A stretch of 63,464 nucleotides of DNA, filler included. It is 4 parts of 4 records of this genome, joined end to end, with 100 filler letters (N's around TTAATTAATTAA, not from the genome) between each part and the next. Parts side by side here need not be neighbours in the genome. Positions count along the whole stretch, not along the records: positions 39,247 to 58,834 come from SRR20825010_3186; 3 more parts are not named here. The stretch is one strand, 5' to 3'. The notes below the pieces were generated by a model. The model made no database searches and was not told where the DNA came from. It worked only from the letters and a program-made list of their open reading frames with translations. A program made the position numbers and the translations under genes. Below are positions 44,556 through 54,009 of this stretch, piece by piece. Each line of letters starts with the position of its first letter. Position 1 is the first letter of the stretch.

Positions 44556-45497
44556 ATGAAAACGACTGGCTTGGCCGAACGAAATTGGTTTTGGGGCATC
44601 ACTCTGACCGCTGTGATGATGTCCGCCACTTGTGTCTGCACAAACTGTTTTGGAACTGAACCCAGCGACGTTCTCCCGGTTTGGCCTTCGGATCCACCGA
44701 AGTGGGACGCACCGACCGAACCGGAAAGCGACTTCACAAAGCCGACAGACAACCAAGTTGGTGGTAAACGATTGATTCGTCTCGGCAATGTGTCCACACC
44801 GGAGATGCATGTTTTTCCCGCCAAAGATGCAAACGGCAATCCATCGAAGACCATCATGGTCATCTGTCCCGGAGGAGGCTTTTCAATCCTGGCTTGGGAT
44901 TTGGAGGGAACCGAAATTGCCGATCAGTTGGTGGCGGGCGGCGTGACCAGCGTTGTTTTGAAGTATCGCGTTCCGACTCGCACAATGGAACCAAAATGGA
45001 AGCCACCTGTTCAAGACATCCAGCGGGCCATCGCTCTGATTCGAGCCGGCAAAGTCACCGGCGATATTCCGGAGAAGGTCGGCGTGATGGGTTTTTCCGC
45101 TGGCGGCCACGCTGCATGTCGTTCTGCCACGATCTTGGAACGTCAGTACGATGCAATCGATGACGCAGATCAAGAGATTCGCCTGCCCGATTTTGCCTGT
45201 CTGATCTATCCTGCCTGGCTGGTTAAGAAAGACTCGCCCAAAGATTTGGACGGGTTTGAAATCAACGAGAACTCGCCACCGATGTTCTTGGTCCACGGCG
45301 AAGACGACCGACTGACCGTCATGAACTGCGTGACCGTTTTTAGCAAACTTCATGAAGCCGGTGTTCCATCGGCACTGCATGTCTTCACGGGCAGCGGCCA
45401 TGGTTTTGGCGGACGCATGGATGGTCGAGCGGACGATCTTTGGCCTGAACTCTGTTTGCGTTGGCTGCGTGACGAAAACCTTCTCAAGGGAAAATGA
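44556..45497 (+). CDS. Secreted alpha/beta hydrolase (carbohydrate esterase-like)
   Basis: CPGGG, LKYRVP, GFSAGG nucleophile, D and HGFG motifs. Confidence 0.88.
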   Translation: MKTTGLAERNWFWGITLTAVMMSATCVCTNCFGTEPSDVLPVWPSDPPKWDAPTEPESDFTKPTDNQVGGKRLIRLGNVSTPEMHVFPAKDANGNPSKTIMVICPGGGFSILAWDLEGTEIADQLVAGGVTSVVLKYRVPTRTMEPKWKPPVQDIQRAIALIRAGKVTGDIPEKVGVMGFSAGGHAACRSATILERQYDAIDDADQEIRLPDFACLIYPAWLVKKDSPKDLDGFEINENSPPMFLVHGEDDRLTVMNCVTVFSKLHEAGVPSALHVFTGSGHGFGGRMDGRADDLWPELCLRWLRDENLLKGK

Positions 45498-45500
45498 ACG

Positions 45501-46160
45501 TTGGATCACACCATTGACGCACCACCGATTCAGCCCGAACAGGAATGGGCCAACGCATGGACGCACGGTTTATCGGCGGTGCTTTGGTGTATCGTTGGAG
45601 CCGTACTAGTTCGATCATCTGCGGGCGAACCTGGGTTGGCGATCGCCTGTGGTGTCTACGCCGCGTCGGTCGTGACCACCTTTGTTTGCTCGACCTTGTC
45701 GCACGTATTTTTGGAACAACCTTGGCTCGATCGCTTTCGAGCGTGCGACCAAGCGGCGATCTATTTGATGATTATCGGAACCTACACTCCGATCGCCTAT
45801 GCCTACTCACCTGATGGCTGGCGAATCCCGTTGCTGACGGCGATGTGGATCGCCGCCCTGGCGGGATTCTTCAACAAAGCGGTGCGAATGCATCGCCTGC
45901 ATTCAATCAGCGTCGTGTCGTATTTGCTACTCGGATGGCTGCCTGCCATTCCTTTGATTCGCAACGTGCCCGTCGAACTCGCTTACGCGATGTTCATTGG
46001 CGGTGTCCTTTACAGCGTCGGCACGATCTTCCTCATGAACGATCGACGAGCTCCATACCTGCACGCGGTTTGGCACCTGATGGTTTTATTGGCGTCACTC
46101 GTTCATGCAGTCGGGATCGCTTGGTACGTCGTCGCGCCCAACCAAAGCCCAGGGCTGTAA
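45501..46160 (+). CDS. Hemolysin III / PAQR (TrhA-like) membrane protein
   Basis: E.ANA.TH, STLSH, D..AIYL.I.GTYTP and HAVWH motifs. Confidence 0.92.
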   Translation: MDHTIDAPPIQPEQEWANAWTHGLSAVLWCIVGAVLVRSSAGEPGLAIACGVYAASVVTTFVCSTLSHVFLEQPWLDRFRACDQAAIYLMIIGTYTPIAYAYSPDGWRIPLLTAMWIAALAGFFNKAVRMHRLHSISVVSYLLLGWLPAIPLIRNVPVELAYAMFIGGVLYSVGTIFLMNDRRAPYLHAVWHLMVLLASLVHAVGIAWYVVAPNQSPGL

Positions 46161-47034
46161 GGATTGCCAACGACGTCGATGGTTCGGGAACAGCAACGAC
46201 TGTGATCGAAAAACCATCCGCAGCGACTTCGGCGGCAATCAAATCCACGTAGGGCGAAACGAAGTTGTTGAAACTGAATTTCTCCGACGTATCTGGGTCG
46301 GTGGCGATCCCCATGTTGGTCCCCGTTAATACATATTCGCCACCATATTCAATGAACGAGCCTTCACCCGAGTCACCGCCAACCAAGGTGAGCTCATCCA
46401 TGCCGCCGCCTCCCAACGGATGATCCCACCGGTAAACAACCGACTCGGTGATGGCACCGGTGTTCAGTTCAACCGTCTGCGTGAAATCGATCGTGTCGGA
46501 ACCGAACTGTGAGTTTTGGCCCTGAATGATCATGCTCCGGCCCAGCATGTCAAAGTAGCCGCCTCCCAAAACCGACATTGGCGTGATCCCGTCGCTGGCC
46601 GGTATCGGGGCCTCCAATGTCACCAGCAGCAAGTCGCTGTTGTGAACCGTTCCGGCCATGAGCGTTGTGCCGTTCTCAAGCTCGAAGTCCGTTCGCAAGG
46701 TTGTTTGCAACACGGTCGATGACGCAGCCGTGTAAGTGTGCCGCGTGCCATCGGCGGCAACAAACGTTGGGTTGATCATCCCCGTATGAGTTGCGGTGAC
46801 GTAGTGCAACGGTGTGATCAGCACGGCACGTCGGACTGCGACGCCGGTAAGCAGAGAGTGATCCAACCAGAAATCTGGATTGAGAGTATCGTCGCCCAAA
46901 AAACGATCGTGACGGGAAGCGGAGAAACTGGCAAAAGTCGCCGCACTCGCCAGTTCCGCCATCGCGAACCACAGCAACGTGGAAACGAGACCGATTTTGG
47001 TCCAACGGCGATCAGACATAAATTGACTAGGCAA
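46033..47034 (-). CDS. PEP-CTERM-anchored trypsin-like serine protease
   Basis: Signal peptide; TATH / SDLLL / GGDSG catalytic triad; VPEPS-hydrophobic-RRR sorting signal. Confidence 0.78.
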   Translation of the reverse strand: MPSQFMSDRRWTKIGLVSTLLWFAMAELASAATFASFSASRHDRFLGDDTLNPDFWLDHSLLTGVAVRRAVLITPLHYVTATHTGMINPTFVAADGTRHTYTAASSTVLQTTLRTDFELENGTTLMAGTVHNSDLLLVTLEAPIPASDGITPMSVLGGGYFDMLGRSMIIQGQNSQFGSDTIDFTQTVELNTGAITESVVYRWDHPLGGGGMDELTLVGGDSGEGSFIEYGGEYVLTGTNMGIATDPDTSEKFSFNNFVSPYVDLIAAEVAADGFSITVVAVPEPSTSLAILTALGFGWARRRTKRSRLHERVTPIKPSGAKPRAGMELVDRS

Positions 47035-47130
47035 ATGCGGCTTTCCATGAACAATGGCAACCCTGTCTATTGCGGGAAAGACTGAGAATCAATTCCCCGA
47101 ATGGTTGGATGACATTGGACGCCCAAAAGT

Positions 47131-49923
47131 TCAATCTGCGGAAGCACTCAGCGTGGTTGCATCTTGAACATCGATTGTGATGGGAAAGCTAGCCACACCG
47201 CCATCGTTCGCTGAAATCAAAAACAACGATCGTTTTCCCAATGCCGCAACCGGATCAGCCGTGATGAACAACTCACGCTCATTTTCATCTGGCAGAACCA
47301 GCAAACCGCTTAACCCAATGTTGTCGACATAGACACCATGGGACGCATTGTGGCCGCTGCCCTCACCGCCAAACCGGATCTCGCCGTTGTTCACGTTGCC
47401 TTTCGCATCTTTCCCGCGTCGCAGCACGATCCGAGCGGATACGGTTGTGCCACGCGGAATCACCAGCGTCCAATCTTCGTTTTCAGGAACGTTCCGATCG
47501 ATCGGTTGGATCATCGGAATCACGCTCGGTGGTGCACCAACAGTCAACCCCTTGATCGTTTCCGCATCTCGTTCAACGCGGCGATCCAAAATCTCCGCCG
47601 TCGCAGTGACACGCAAATCCACTGGCTCGGCGGGCGGTTTCGTTCCGCTGGGAACAAAGATCGCACCTTCGGCGGAGTATTGGTTGGCTTCGACCACCAC
47701 GGGAAAATTCGAGTGCCAGCCTGATGGCAAATCGTCCAGCTCAAACGTGATTGGCCCATCGAACCCGTCGATCCGCTGAACGTTCAAGTCAATCTTGCGA
47801 CCGGCCCCCGGCGGAAGGCTAGCGCTCATCTTGCCAATCGATGCCGAATAGGATGGGGCCGCCGGTCGAATCCGCAGTCGATACAGAAAATCGTCCTCAA
47901 AGTGCCCGCGGGTATCGCCAACACAAACGGTAAAGTTCCCATCGCGTGGGGCAACGAAATCCAAGCGACTGGACTCACCCGCGACGCGGCTCGGATCATC
48001 GTCGTTTTCATAGAACACATCGAACACGGGCAATCCGTTGGGCTCTGGTTCCTCTTCCAGCCCCAACTCTCGAACGACATAGGCGGGTTCACCCAGCGCA
48101 TGAGTCGTGTGGGTCGTGCCGAAGTAGGTGTGTCGATTTCCGGCTCCGGGATACACGTCAAAGCCCGAGTCGGGACCGCGCGGGTGTCGCCATGTCCTGG
48201 TGACTTCGCCACTGGAATAGAGGTATTGGTTCAGACCAATTTCTTGCCATCCAAACAATCGAAAGTCGTTGACTTGGCCGCTGTTCTTGCCGCGAAATGT
48301 GAAGTAGGTGTCTCGAACCGCTTGCAGCCTAGTTCGAAGCAGCGGTTGGCCAGCCTCATCCAATAAGACGATCTTCGGATCAAGGTCCCCCGACGTCGCA
48401 TCCGCTTCGATCATCCACGTTTCGCCACGACGAGCGGAGAATCGATAGCAGTCTTGTTCGCCTCTCGTTGTCAGCGATCCAATGACTTCGCAACCACGCC
48501 GCACATCCGCAACACCATCGGTGAAGTCGAGACTGGACTCGTCCAAAGAAACCAGCGGCCCCAAATCCAAGTAAACCGGTTCCAACGTTGTGCGCCGCAG
48601 CCCAGAGTCTCGCGGGACGATCTCGGGAAGGACGCGTTTCACAACACGCCCATCCATCAAGCCGATGGTGACACTGGTCCCATCCTTCGACACGAACAGA
48701 TCGCTGGGTGTTTCCCCCAAGGGCTCCATTGCCCCCACGACGGACCAATCATCGGTTCGAAGCACCTTTGCATTGCCCGCTTCACTGACGATCACCAAAC
48801 CGCGACCATCGGGAGTCAGCGCCATCCCCGATATCGGAGACTCATCGACAAACCGGGTTTGCACAATCGGGTTGATCGCAGCCTCTGTCTTCGAAACCAA
48901 CTTCCAAACTCTCAGACGATTGTCGGCGCCACCTGCCAACATCCATCGTCCGTCCTTTGAGAACAACACGCGATTCACTTCGCCTTCCGGTTGGCTGAGA
49001 GTGTCCAGCCGCTGGCCCGTTGCCACCTCCCAAACCTTGACCGTTTCGTCAGCGCAAGCCGAGATGAGCAGCGTGCCATCGGGAGAAAACGCGAGACCAA
49101 AGATCGCGCCGTTGTGCCCGAGCAATTCCTGCACGACCTCGCCGGTGCTCGTGTCCCAAATCAAAATTTTCCGATCGTAGCCCGCCGTTGCAATTCGCTT
49201 TCCATCGGGCGAAAACTCGGCTGCGTACAAAACGTCACGATGCCCCACCAATTCCTTGAGCACGCTGCCATCAGCAACATGGAACAAGGTCGCTTGTCCG
49301 TATCCGCCGGTCAGCCCCGATGCAGCCAGCAATTGCGTGCTATCACCACTGAACTGCAACGAATTGACTTTGCCCCAGGGATTCGCGACCTCTTTCGATT
49401 CGCCGCTGGCGACGTTCACCAAGGTGATTGCCCCAAACTTTGCAGTCGCCTGCCAGGCACCATCGTTGGACCGAGCAATCGCGGTGACCGGCAAATTCGC
49501 ATCAGCAGAAGTAGCAATCTTCGGTGTCTTCAGATCCCGACGAATCGGCATTTCGCCGTCCGGCCCCTGGGCACCTTGCTCGATCCAATCGGCCAAAATC
49601 GCGAGTTCTTCTTCGCTTGGTCCTTCCATGTCATCCGGTGGCATCACCGGTTCGAGCTTGCCCGACGCCATCAAAAACATTCGGCTGCTCGACACAACTC
49701 CCGGGGTGAGTGCCAATCCTGAGTCCCCACCGCGGAGCAAGGCAGCGTGCGTGTCCATCGCCAATCCACCTTGCGCATCATCTTCGGCGTGACAACCGGT
49801 GCAATACGTTTGCAGAATCGGTGCCACGTCTTCGACAAAGTCGACCGCATGAGCGTTCATCGAGGAACAGCAAACAGCCAACAACAAATAGATGCAGTGA
49901 GTTCTCATCGGGGATCGCTTCAA
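47131..49923 (-). CDS. Planctomycete cytochrome c (PSCyt1) + WD40 + PPC-like domain protein
   Basis: VDFVEDVAPILQTYCTGCH, MPP, GH...FSPDG..W WD40 repeats and C-terminal beta-sandwich domains. Confidence 0.85.
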   Translation of the reverse strand: MKRSPMRTHCIYLLLAVCCSSMNAHAVDFVEDVAPILQTYCTGCHAEDDAQGGLAMDTHAALLRGGDSGLALTPGVVSSSRMFLMASGKLEPVMPPDDMEGPSEEELAILADWIEQGAQGPDGEMPIRRDLKTPKIATSADANLPVTAIARSNDGAWQATAKFGAITLVNVASGESKEVANPWGKVNSLQFSGDSTQLLAASGLTGGYGQATLFHVADGSVLKELVGHRDVLYAAEFSPDGKRIATAGYDRKILIWDTSTGEVVQELLGHNGAIFGLAFSPDGTLLISACADETVKVWEVATGQRLDTLSQPEGEVNRVLFSKDGRWMLAGGADNRLRVWKLVSKTEAAINPIVQTRFVDESPISGMALTPDGRGLVIVSEAGNAKVLRTDDWSVVGAMEPLGETPSDLFVSKDGTSVTIGLMDGRVVKRVLPEIVPRDSGLRRTTLEPVYLDLGPLVSLDESSLDFTDGVADVRRGCEVIGSLTTRGEQDCYRFSARRGETWMIEADATSGDLDPKIVLLDEAGQPLLRTRLQAVRDTYFTFRGKNSGQVNDFRLFGWQEIGLNQYLYSSGEVTRTWRHPRGPDSGFDVYPGAGNRHTYFGTTHTTHALGEPAYVVRELGLEEEPEPNGLPVFDVFYENDDDPSRVAGESSRLDFVAPRDGNFTVCVGDTRGHFEDDFLYRLRIRPAAPSYSASIGKMSASLPPGAGRKIDLNVQRIDGFDGPITFELDDLPSGWHSNFPVVVEANQYSAEGAIFVPSGTKPPAEPVDLRVTATAEILDRRVERDAETIKGLTVGAPPSVIPMIQPIDRNVPENEDWTLVIPRGTTVSARIVLRRGKDAKGNVNNGEIRFGGEGSGHNASHGVYVDNIGLSGLLVLPDENERELFITADPVAALGKRSLFLISANDGGVASFPITIDVQDATTLSASAD

Positions 49924-52424
49924 TGGTTGTAGGTGAACTCGACGCTCGTCAAAACGCTCCAGGCGACGTCTCGCATCGCGGTGGCTTGGTCATCTTCGTA
50001 TTCATCCATCACCGCCCCCAGTGATTGACGTTCCGCCGCCGTTGGGACTCGAGACAACGCCCTTTGAAACAAGGTGTCGAGATACTCGTCACGATCCCAC
50101 TTTTCCGCTGCCGCGAGGCTCGGCAAACTGGCCGGATCATTCAGTTTGGGATTCAGTGTTTCACCATTGGACAGATGAAGAACCTGAACCATTGATGGTT
50201 CCGCGTCACGCTCGCATTCACAAACAATCTCGCGAGGATTGCGACCGAAGGTTTTTAGGAAATACGAATCCACCGCGGAATCGTAGAGCTCAATCGCCCG
50301 TGTTCCAGCCTTGTAGAAATCCGTCTTCTGCTTGTCGGCTCCCGCAAAAGCGATCTCGGTGAACGAGGTCGATGTGCCTAGGACTTGATCCATCGAATCG
50401 AGCAACACCTCCGCCATCAACCGCCGAGGTGCGTAGTGGCTCAGATACTTTGGATCTTCGCGATTTCCCTCGACCGTCAAACTGCTCCGCTGATAAGTCT
50501 CGCTCTGCAAGATCGTCCGCATCAACGTCTTCAGATCGAAACCAGAATCACTCAAGTGCTTGGACGCCGCGTTGAGCAGGTCTTCGTTGCTAGCAGGATT
50601 GCTGAGCCTTAAATCATCGACTTGTTCGACAAGCCCTCGCCCAAAAAAGTTCGCCCAGATGCGATTGGTGATTGATCTCGCAAAATAGGGATTGGCTGGA
50701 TCAGTCAACCATTCCGCCAAGACTTCGCGTCGATCGCGTGGGTCGTCAAAGGCCATCGGTTCGGAATCGAGCGGAGCGGGCGGCTGGGCTTTTCCAAGAT
50801 TGGGTTGCACCAGTTCACCGGACGTCGAAACATACAATTGTCGCACGCCATCGCCGTTTCGCGAATCTCCGCCCCATCCCTTCGCCCGGACTCGCGAAAA
50901 CAGGTTCGCCATGGCGTAGTATTGATCGTTCGTCCATTTCTCGAGTGGATGGTTGTGACACTTCGCACACCCAATCGACAATCCCAAAAAGGACTGGCAC
51001 GCGCTTTCGGTCATATCCTCCGGCGTTTGATTGACCGCGAAAAAGTTCGTGGCACCGTTGGTGGCACTGCTGCCGGTGGACGTCAGTATTTCGCGAACCA
51101 AAACGTCCCACGGTTTATTCGTGCGGACACTGTCGTGGAGCCAATCGTAATACGACTTGACCGCCACCGGACGAAGCTTGTTCCCGTTGATGACCAGCAC
51201 ATCCGACCATTTGTAAGACCAATAATCCGTGAAGGATTCCGCCGCCAACAATTGGTCAATCAACGCATCACGGCGTTGGTGTTCGGGTGCAGAGAAATAC
51301 TGCTCACGTTCAGACAGAGTTGGCAATCGCCCGATCGTGTCCAAGGTGGCACGACGAAGAAATGTCTCGTCATCGCAAGGTTCAGACGGCGGCAACTGAA
51401 GCGTTTGAAGCTGCTGCAGATTCAGATCATCGATGAAATTGCGACGAGGTGCTGACGCGTAAACTTCCGCGGCAACCTCATTCGGATATGGCACCGTCAT
51501 TCTCGCCAGAGCGACTTTGCTGGCATACCAAACCAGCACCGCTGCTTCGCCGCTTCCATTGATCTGCACTCGGCCGGATTCATCCACACCCGCCACCGCT
51601 TCATCGGTGGCCGTGAATTGCGACCAATGAGTCACATCCCGCGAGCTGCCATCGTCGTAGTGAGCCGTCACGAGGACTTGGGAGTGATCACCAGGATGCA
51701 GTTTGGCGTTCTCCGGCGTCACCGTGATCTTTTCAATCAAAGCGTCGTCTTCGGAAGGAGCCTCCGCACCATTGGCAATCCACTGGGCCAAGATCTCATA
51801 GTCTCGCGAATTCGTATCCAGACGCAGGCCGCCTTTGTGTGGCAGGGCGCCCGTTGGTTTGGCAAGCAGCAAACTGCGACCAGGATCGGCCATCTCGATT
51901 CGGCGCCCGCGGGCTTGCCGAGTGATGGAATGAAAATCAGCGTCGCTGTCGTACCCACGAAGTGACAGCACGAACCCGCCCTTGCCGGCCAACGCACCAT
52001 GGCACGCCCCCATGTTGCATCCCTGCTTTGCCAGCACGCTTTGCACATCGTTTCGAAAGCTCCATTGATGAGGCGTTTTCGTCCCACCGACCGTCACTTC
52101 CTTCGCGGTGGTCCTTCCGTCGGTCGTGGTGGCCGTCACCGTCACGGTCCCACCGGAAATCGCGTGCAAGGTTTGACCGACGACTTTGACGATGCTCGGG
52201 TCAGACGACTCGATGGCAACTTCGTCAATCGTTGCACCGGCAATTCCGTCTTGCCAAGTGGCGACTGATAATCGTTGCAAGTCACCTGCATGTGAGAGCT
52301 CAAGTTGCTGTGGCAACAAAACCACCGACTCATGCGAGTCGGCATTCGCGATTGAGTTGGTGAATAGCGATGCGGCCAACATCGCCAACGTGCAGAAGAC
52401 GGTCAGATGGAATGAACTTTTCAC
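49920..52424 (-). CDS. DUF1549/DUF1553 (PSCyt2/PSD1) protein with Ig-like domains
   Basis: GCNMGACHG, N.ID, FLRRA.LD..GRLPT, GCAKCHNHP and NPYFAR..NR.W..FFGRGLV motifs; GTG start overlaps the DUF1501 stop (GTGA). Confidence 0.88.
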   Translation of the reverse strand: MKSSFHLTVFCTLAMLAASLFTNSIANADSHESVVLLPQQLELSHAGDLQRLSVATWQDGIAGATIDEVAIESSDPSIVKVVGQTLHAISGGTVTVTATTTDGRTTAKEVTVGGTKTPHQWSFRNDVQSVLAKQGCNMGACHGALAGKGGFVLSLRGYDSDADFHSITRQARGRRIEMADPGRSLLLAKPTGALPHKGGLRLDTNSRDYEILAQWIANGAEAPSEDDALIEKITVTPENAKLHPGDHSQVLVTAHYDDGSSRDVTHWSQFTATDEAVAGVDESGRVQINGSGEAAVLVWYASKVALARMTVPYPNEVAAEVYASAPRRNFIDDLNLQQLQTLQLPPSEPCDDETFLRRATLDTIGRLPTLSEREQYFSAPEHQRRDALIDQLLAAESFTDYWSYKWSDVLVINGNKLRPVAVKSYYDWLHDSVRTNKPWDVLVREILTSTGSSATNGATNFFAVNQTPEDMTESACQSFLGLSIGCAKCHNHPLEKWTNDQYYAMANLFSRVRAKGWGGDSRNGDGVRQLYVSTSGELVQPNLGKAQPPAPLDSEPMAFDDPRDRREVLAEWLTDPANPYFARSITNRIWANFFGRGLVEQVDDLRLSNPASNEDLLNAASKHLSDSGFDLKTLMRTILQSETYQRSSLTVEGNREDPKYLSHYAPRRLMAEVLLDSMDQVLGTSTSFTEIAFAGADKQKTDFYKAGTRAIELYDSAVDSYFLKTFGRNPREIVCECERDAEPSMVQVLHLSNGETLNPKLNDPASLPSLAAAEKWDRDEYLDTLFQRALSRVPTAAERQSLGAVMDEYEDDQATAMRDVAWSVLTSVEFTYNH

Positions 52425-53797
52425 GCGAACAGCTCCCTGATTTCGCGAACTCCGAAGTCGACCAGCGGGAACGGACGTCCGCCGGGACCGGGCAATTCCG
52501 CGTGCAGATCCAGATCCATTGCTTTGAAGATCGTTGCGATGATCTCGCCGGGGTTGGTCGGGCGATCCGCGGGAACGCCGCCGACCGGGTCCGACTTCCC
52601 AACCGCTCTTCCTCCGACCACGCCGCCACCCGCGAACGTGCATGAGAAACACTGTGGCCAGTGATCTCGTCCTCCCGCCGGATTGACTTTGGGGGTGCGT
52701 CCAAACTCGGCCAGCCCACAAACCATGGTGTCGTCGAGCAAACCGCGATCGTGCAGATCAGTGATCAATGCCGAGTAGGCTTGGTCATACATGGGAGCCA
52801 CAATGTTTTTCATGCCTTCAATGGTCGTGAACGGTTTGCTGCCATGGATGTCCCAAGTGACTTCATTGAAGACCGTCAAAAAAGTGTTGATGGTGACGAA
52901 CCGCACGCCGGCTTCAATCAGACGGCGAGCTAGCAAGCAGCATTGACCGAAGCGGTTCATGCCATAACGTTCACGGACCGAAGTCGGTTCCTTGGAAAGA
53001 TCGAATGCCATGCGAGCTTCGGGGCTGTTCATCATCCGATAAGCAGCTTCAAAGTTGGCGTCGAACAGCTTCGCCGACTCGGTGGATTCGAACCGAGCCA
53101 TGTGGCTTTCGATCGAATCACGCATCCGCCGCCGTCGATCAATGCGAACATCCGGTAGCGACGATGGAGGCAGCAGGTCAGGGACTTTGAAGTTTGGCTG
53201 GCTCGGATCCGCCATCAACGCAAATGGATCGTAAGCTTTCCCAAGAAAGCCACCAGCTTGTCCGTTGGGCAGATTCCCACCGCCCCGTCCCATTGTTTGC
53301 GGCAAAACAACATGGGCGGGCAAGTCCGTGCGGCGTCCCTGAAGGTATTCAACAACCGCACCGGCATGCGGGTAGTTCACGCCGCCCGTGAACTGACGCC
53401 CCGTCTGCAGCATTTGCCATCCCGCATCGTGAACGGCGGCGGCCGTGTGATAACACGAACGAACAATGGAAAACATGTCCGCGATCTCCGCGTGTTTTGG
53501 CAGGATCTCCGTCAGCTCAAAATCGCCGCGAGTCGCAATGGTTTTAAACGGCCCGCGAACCTCCACCGGTGCGTTCGGCTTCGGGTCGAAAGTGTCCATC
53601 TGACTGGGAGCCCCCAGATTGAAAATCATGATGCATGATTTTCGATCGGTGTTCTTTCCTGCGGCACCGGCGGCTTCGGCAGCCAACAGTTGCGGTAACC
53701 CAAAGCCAAGCATTCCGAGGGTTCCGACCTGCAAAAAATCGCGACGGGTCGTCCCGTTGCATGTGTGAGTCTTGGCACGGGATGTCAGATTCAACAT
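52421..53797 (-). CDS. DUF1501 family protein with Tat-like signal
   Basis: TRRDFLQ, G.PSQMDTFDPKP, LLARRLIEAGVRFV, WDIH and EFGRTP..GRDHWP motifs. Confidence 0.92.
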   Translation of the reverse strand: MLNLTSRAKTHTCNGTTRRDFLQVGTLGMLGFGLPQLLAAEAAGAAGKNTDRKSCIMIFNLGAPSQMDTFDPKPNAPVEVRGPFKTIATRGDFELTEILPKHAEIADMFSIVRSCYHTAAAVHDAGWQMLQTGRQFTGGVNYPHAGAVVEYLQGRRTDLPAHVVLPQTMGRGGGNLPNGQAGGFLGKAYDPFALMADPSQPNFKVPDLLPPSSLPDVRIDRRRRMRDSIESHMARFESTESAKLFDANFEAAYRMMNSPEARMAFDLSKEPTSVRERYGMNRFGQCCLLARRLIEAGVRFVTINTFLTVFNEVTWDIHGSKPFTTIEGMKNIVAPMYDQAYSALITDLHDRGLLDDTMVCGLAEFGRTPKVNPAGGRDHWPQCFSCTFAGGGVVGGRAVGKSDPVGGVPADRPTNPGEIIATIFKAMDLDLHAELPGPGGRPFPLVDFGVREIRELFA

Positions 53798-54009
53798 GGC
53801 TGCGGTTCCAGGGGCTGGATCGAGAGCCGATGATCGGTTGTGGGGACGATCAGTGGGCGGATCAGATGGGCGGGAATCGTCCTTCGACGATCTTGACCAT
53901 TGTAGCTGAACACGCCACGTCATTTGGGTTGCGATTCGTGCGTCCTCGTTCCGCTTTCGGATGAGATATCATTTCCGATAGCACCACAGTGGTCCTATCC
54001 GTGTTTCTC

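Noticed and set aside
52425-52721. N-terminal extension of the 933-aa ORF; similar extensions on smrA, tlpA, recG, DUF1501 and the 417-aa ORF
   Set aside because: They overlap neighbouring genes or promoters; downstream starts fit signal peptides, SD sites or family N-termini better.
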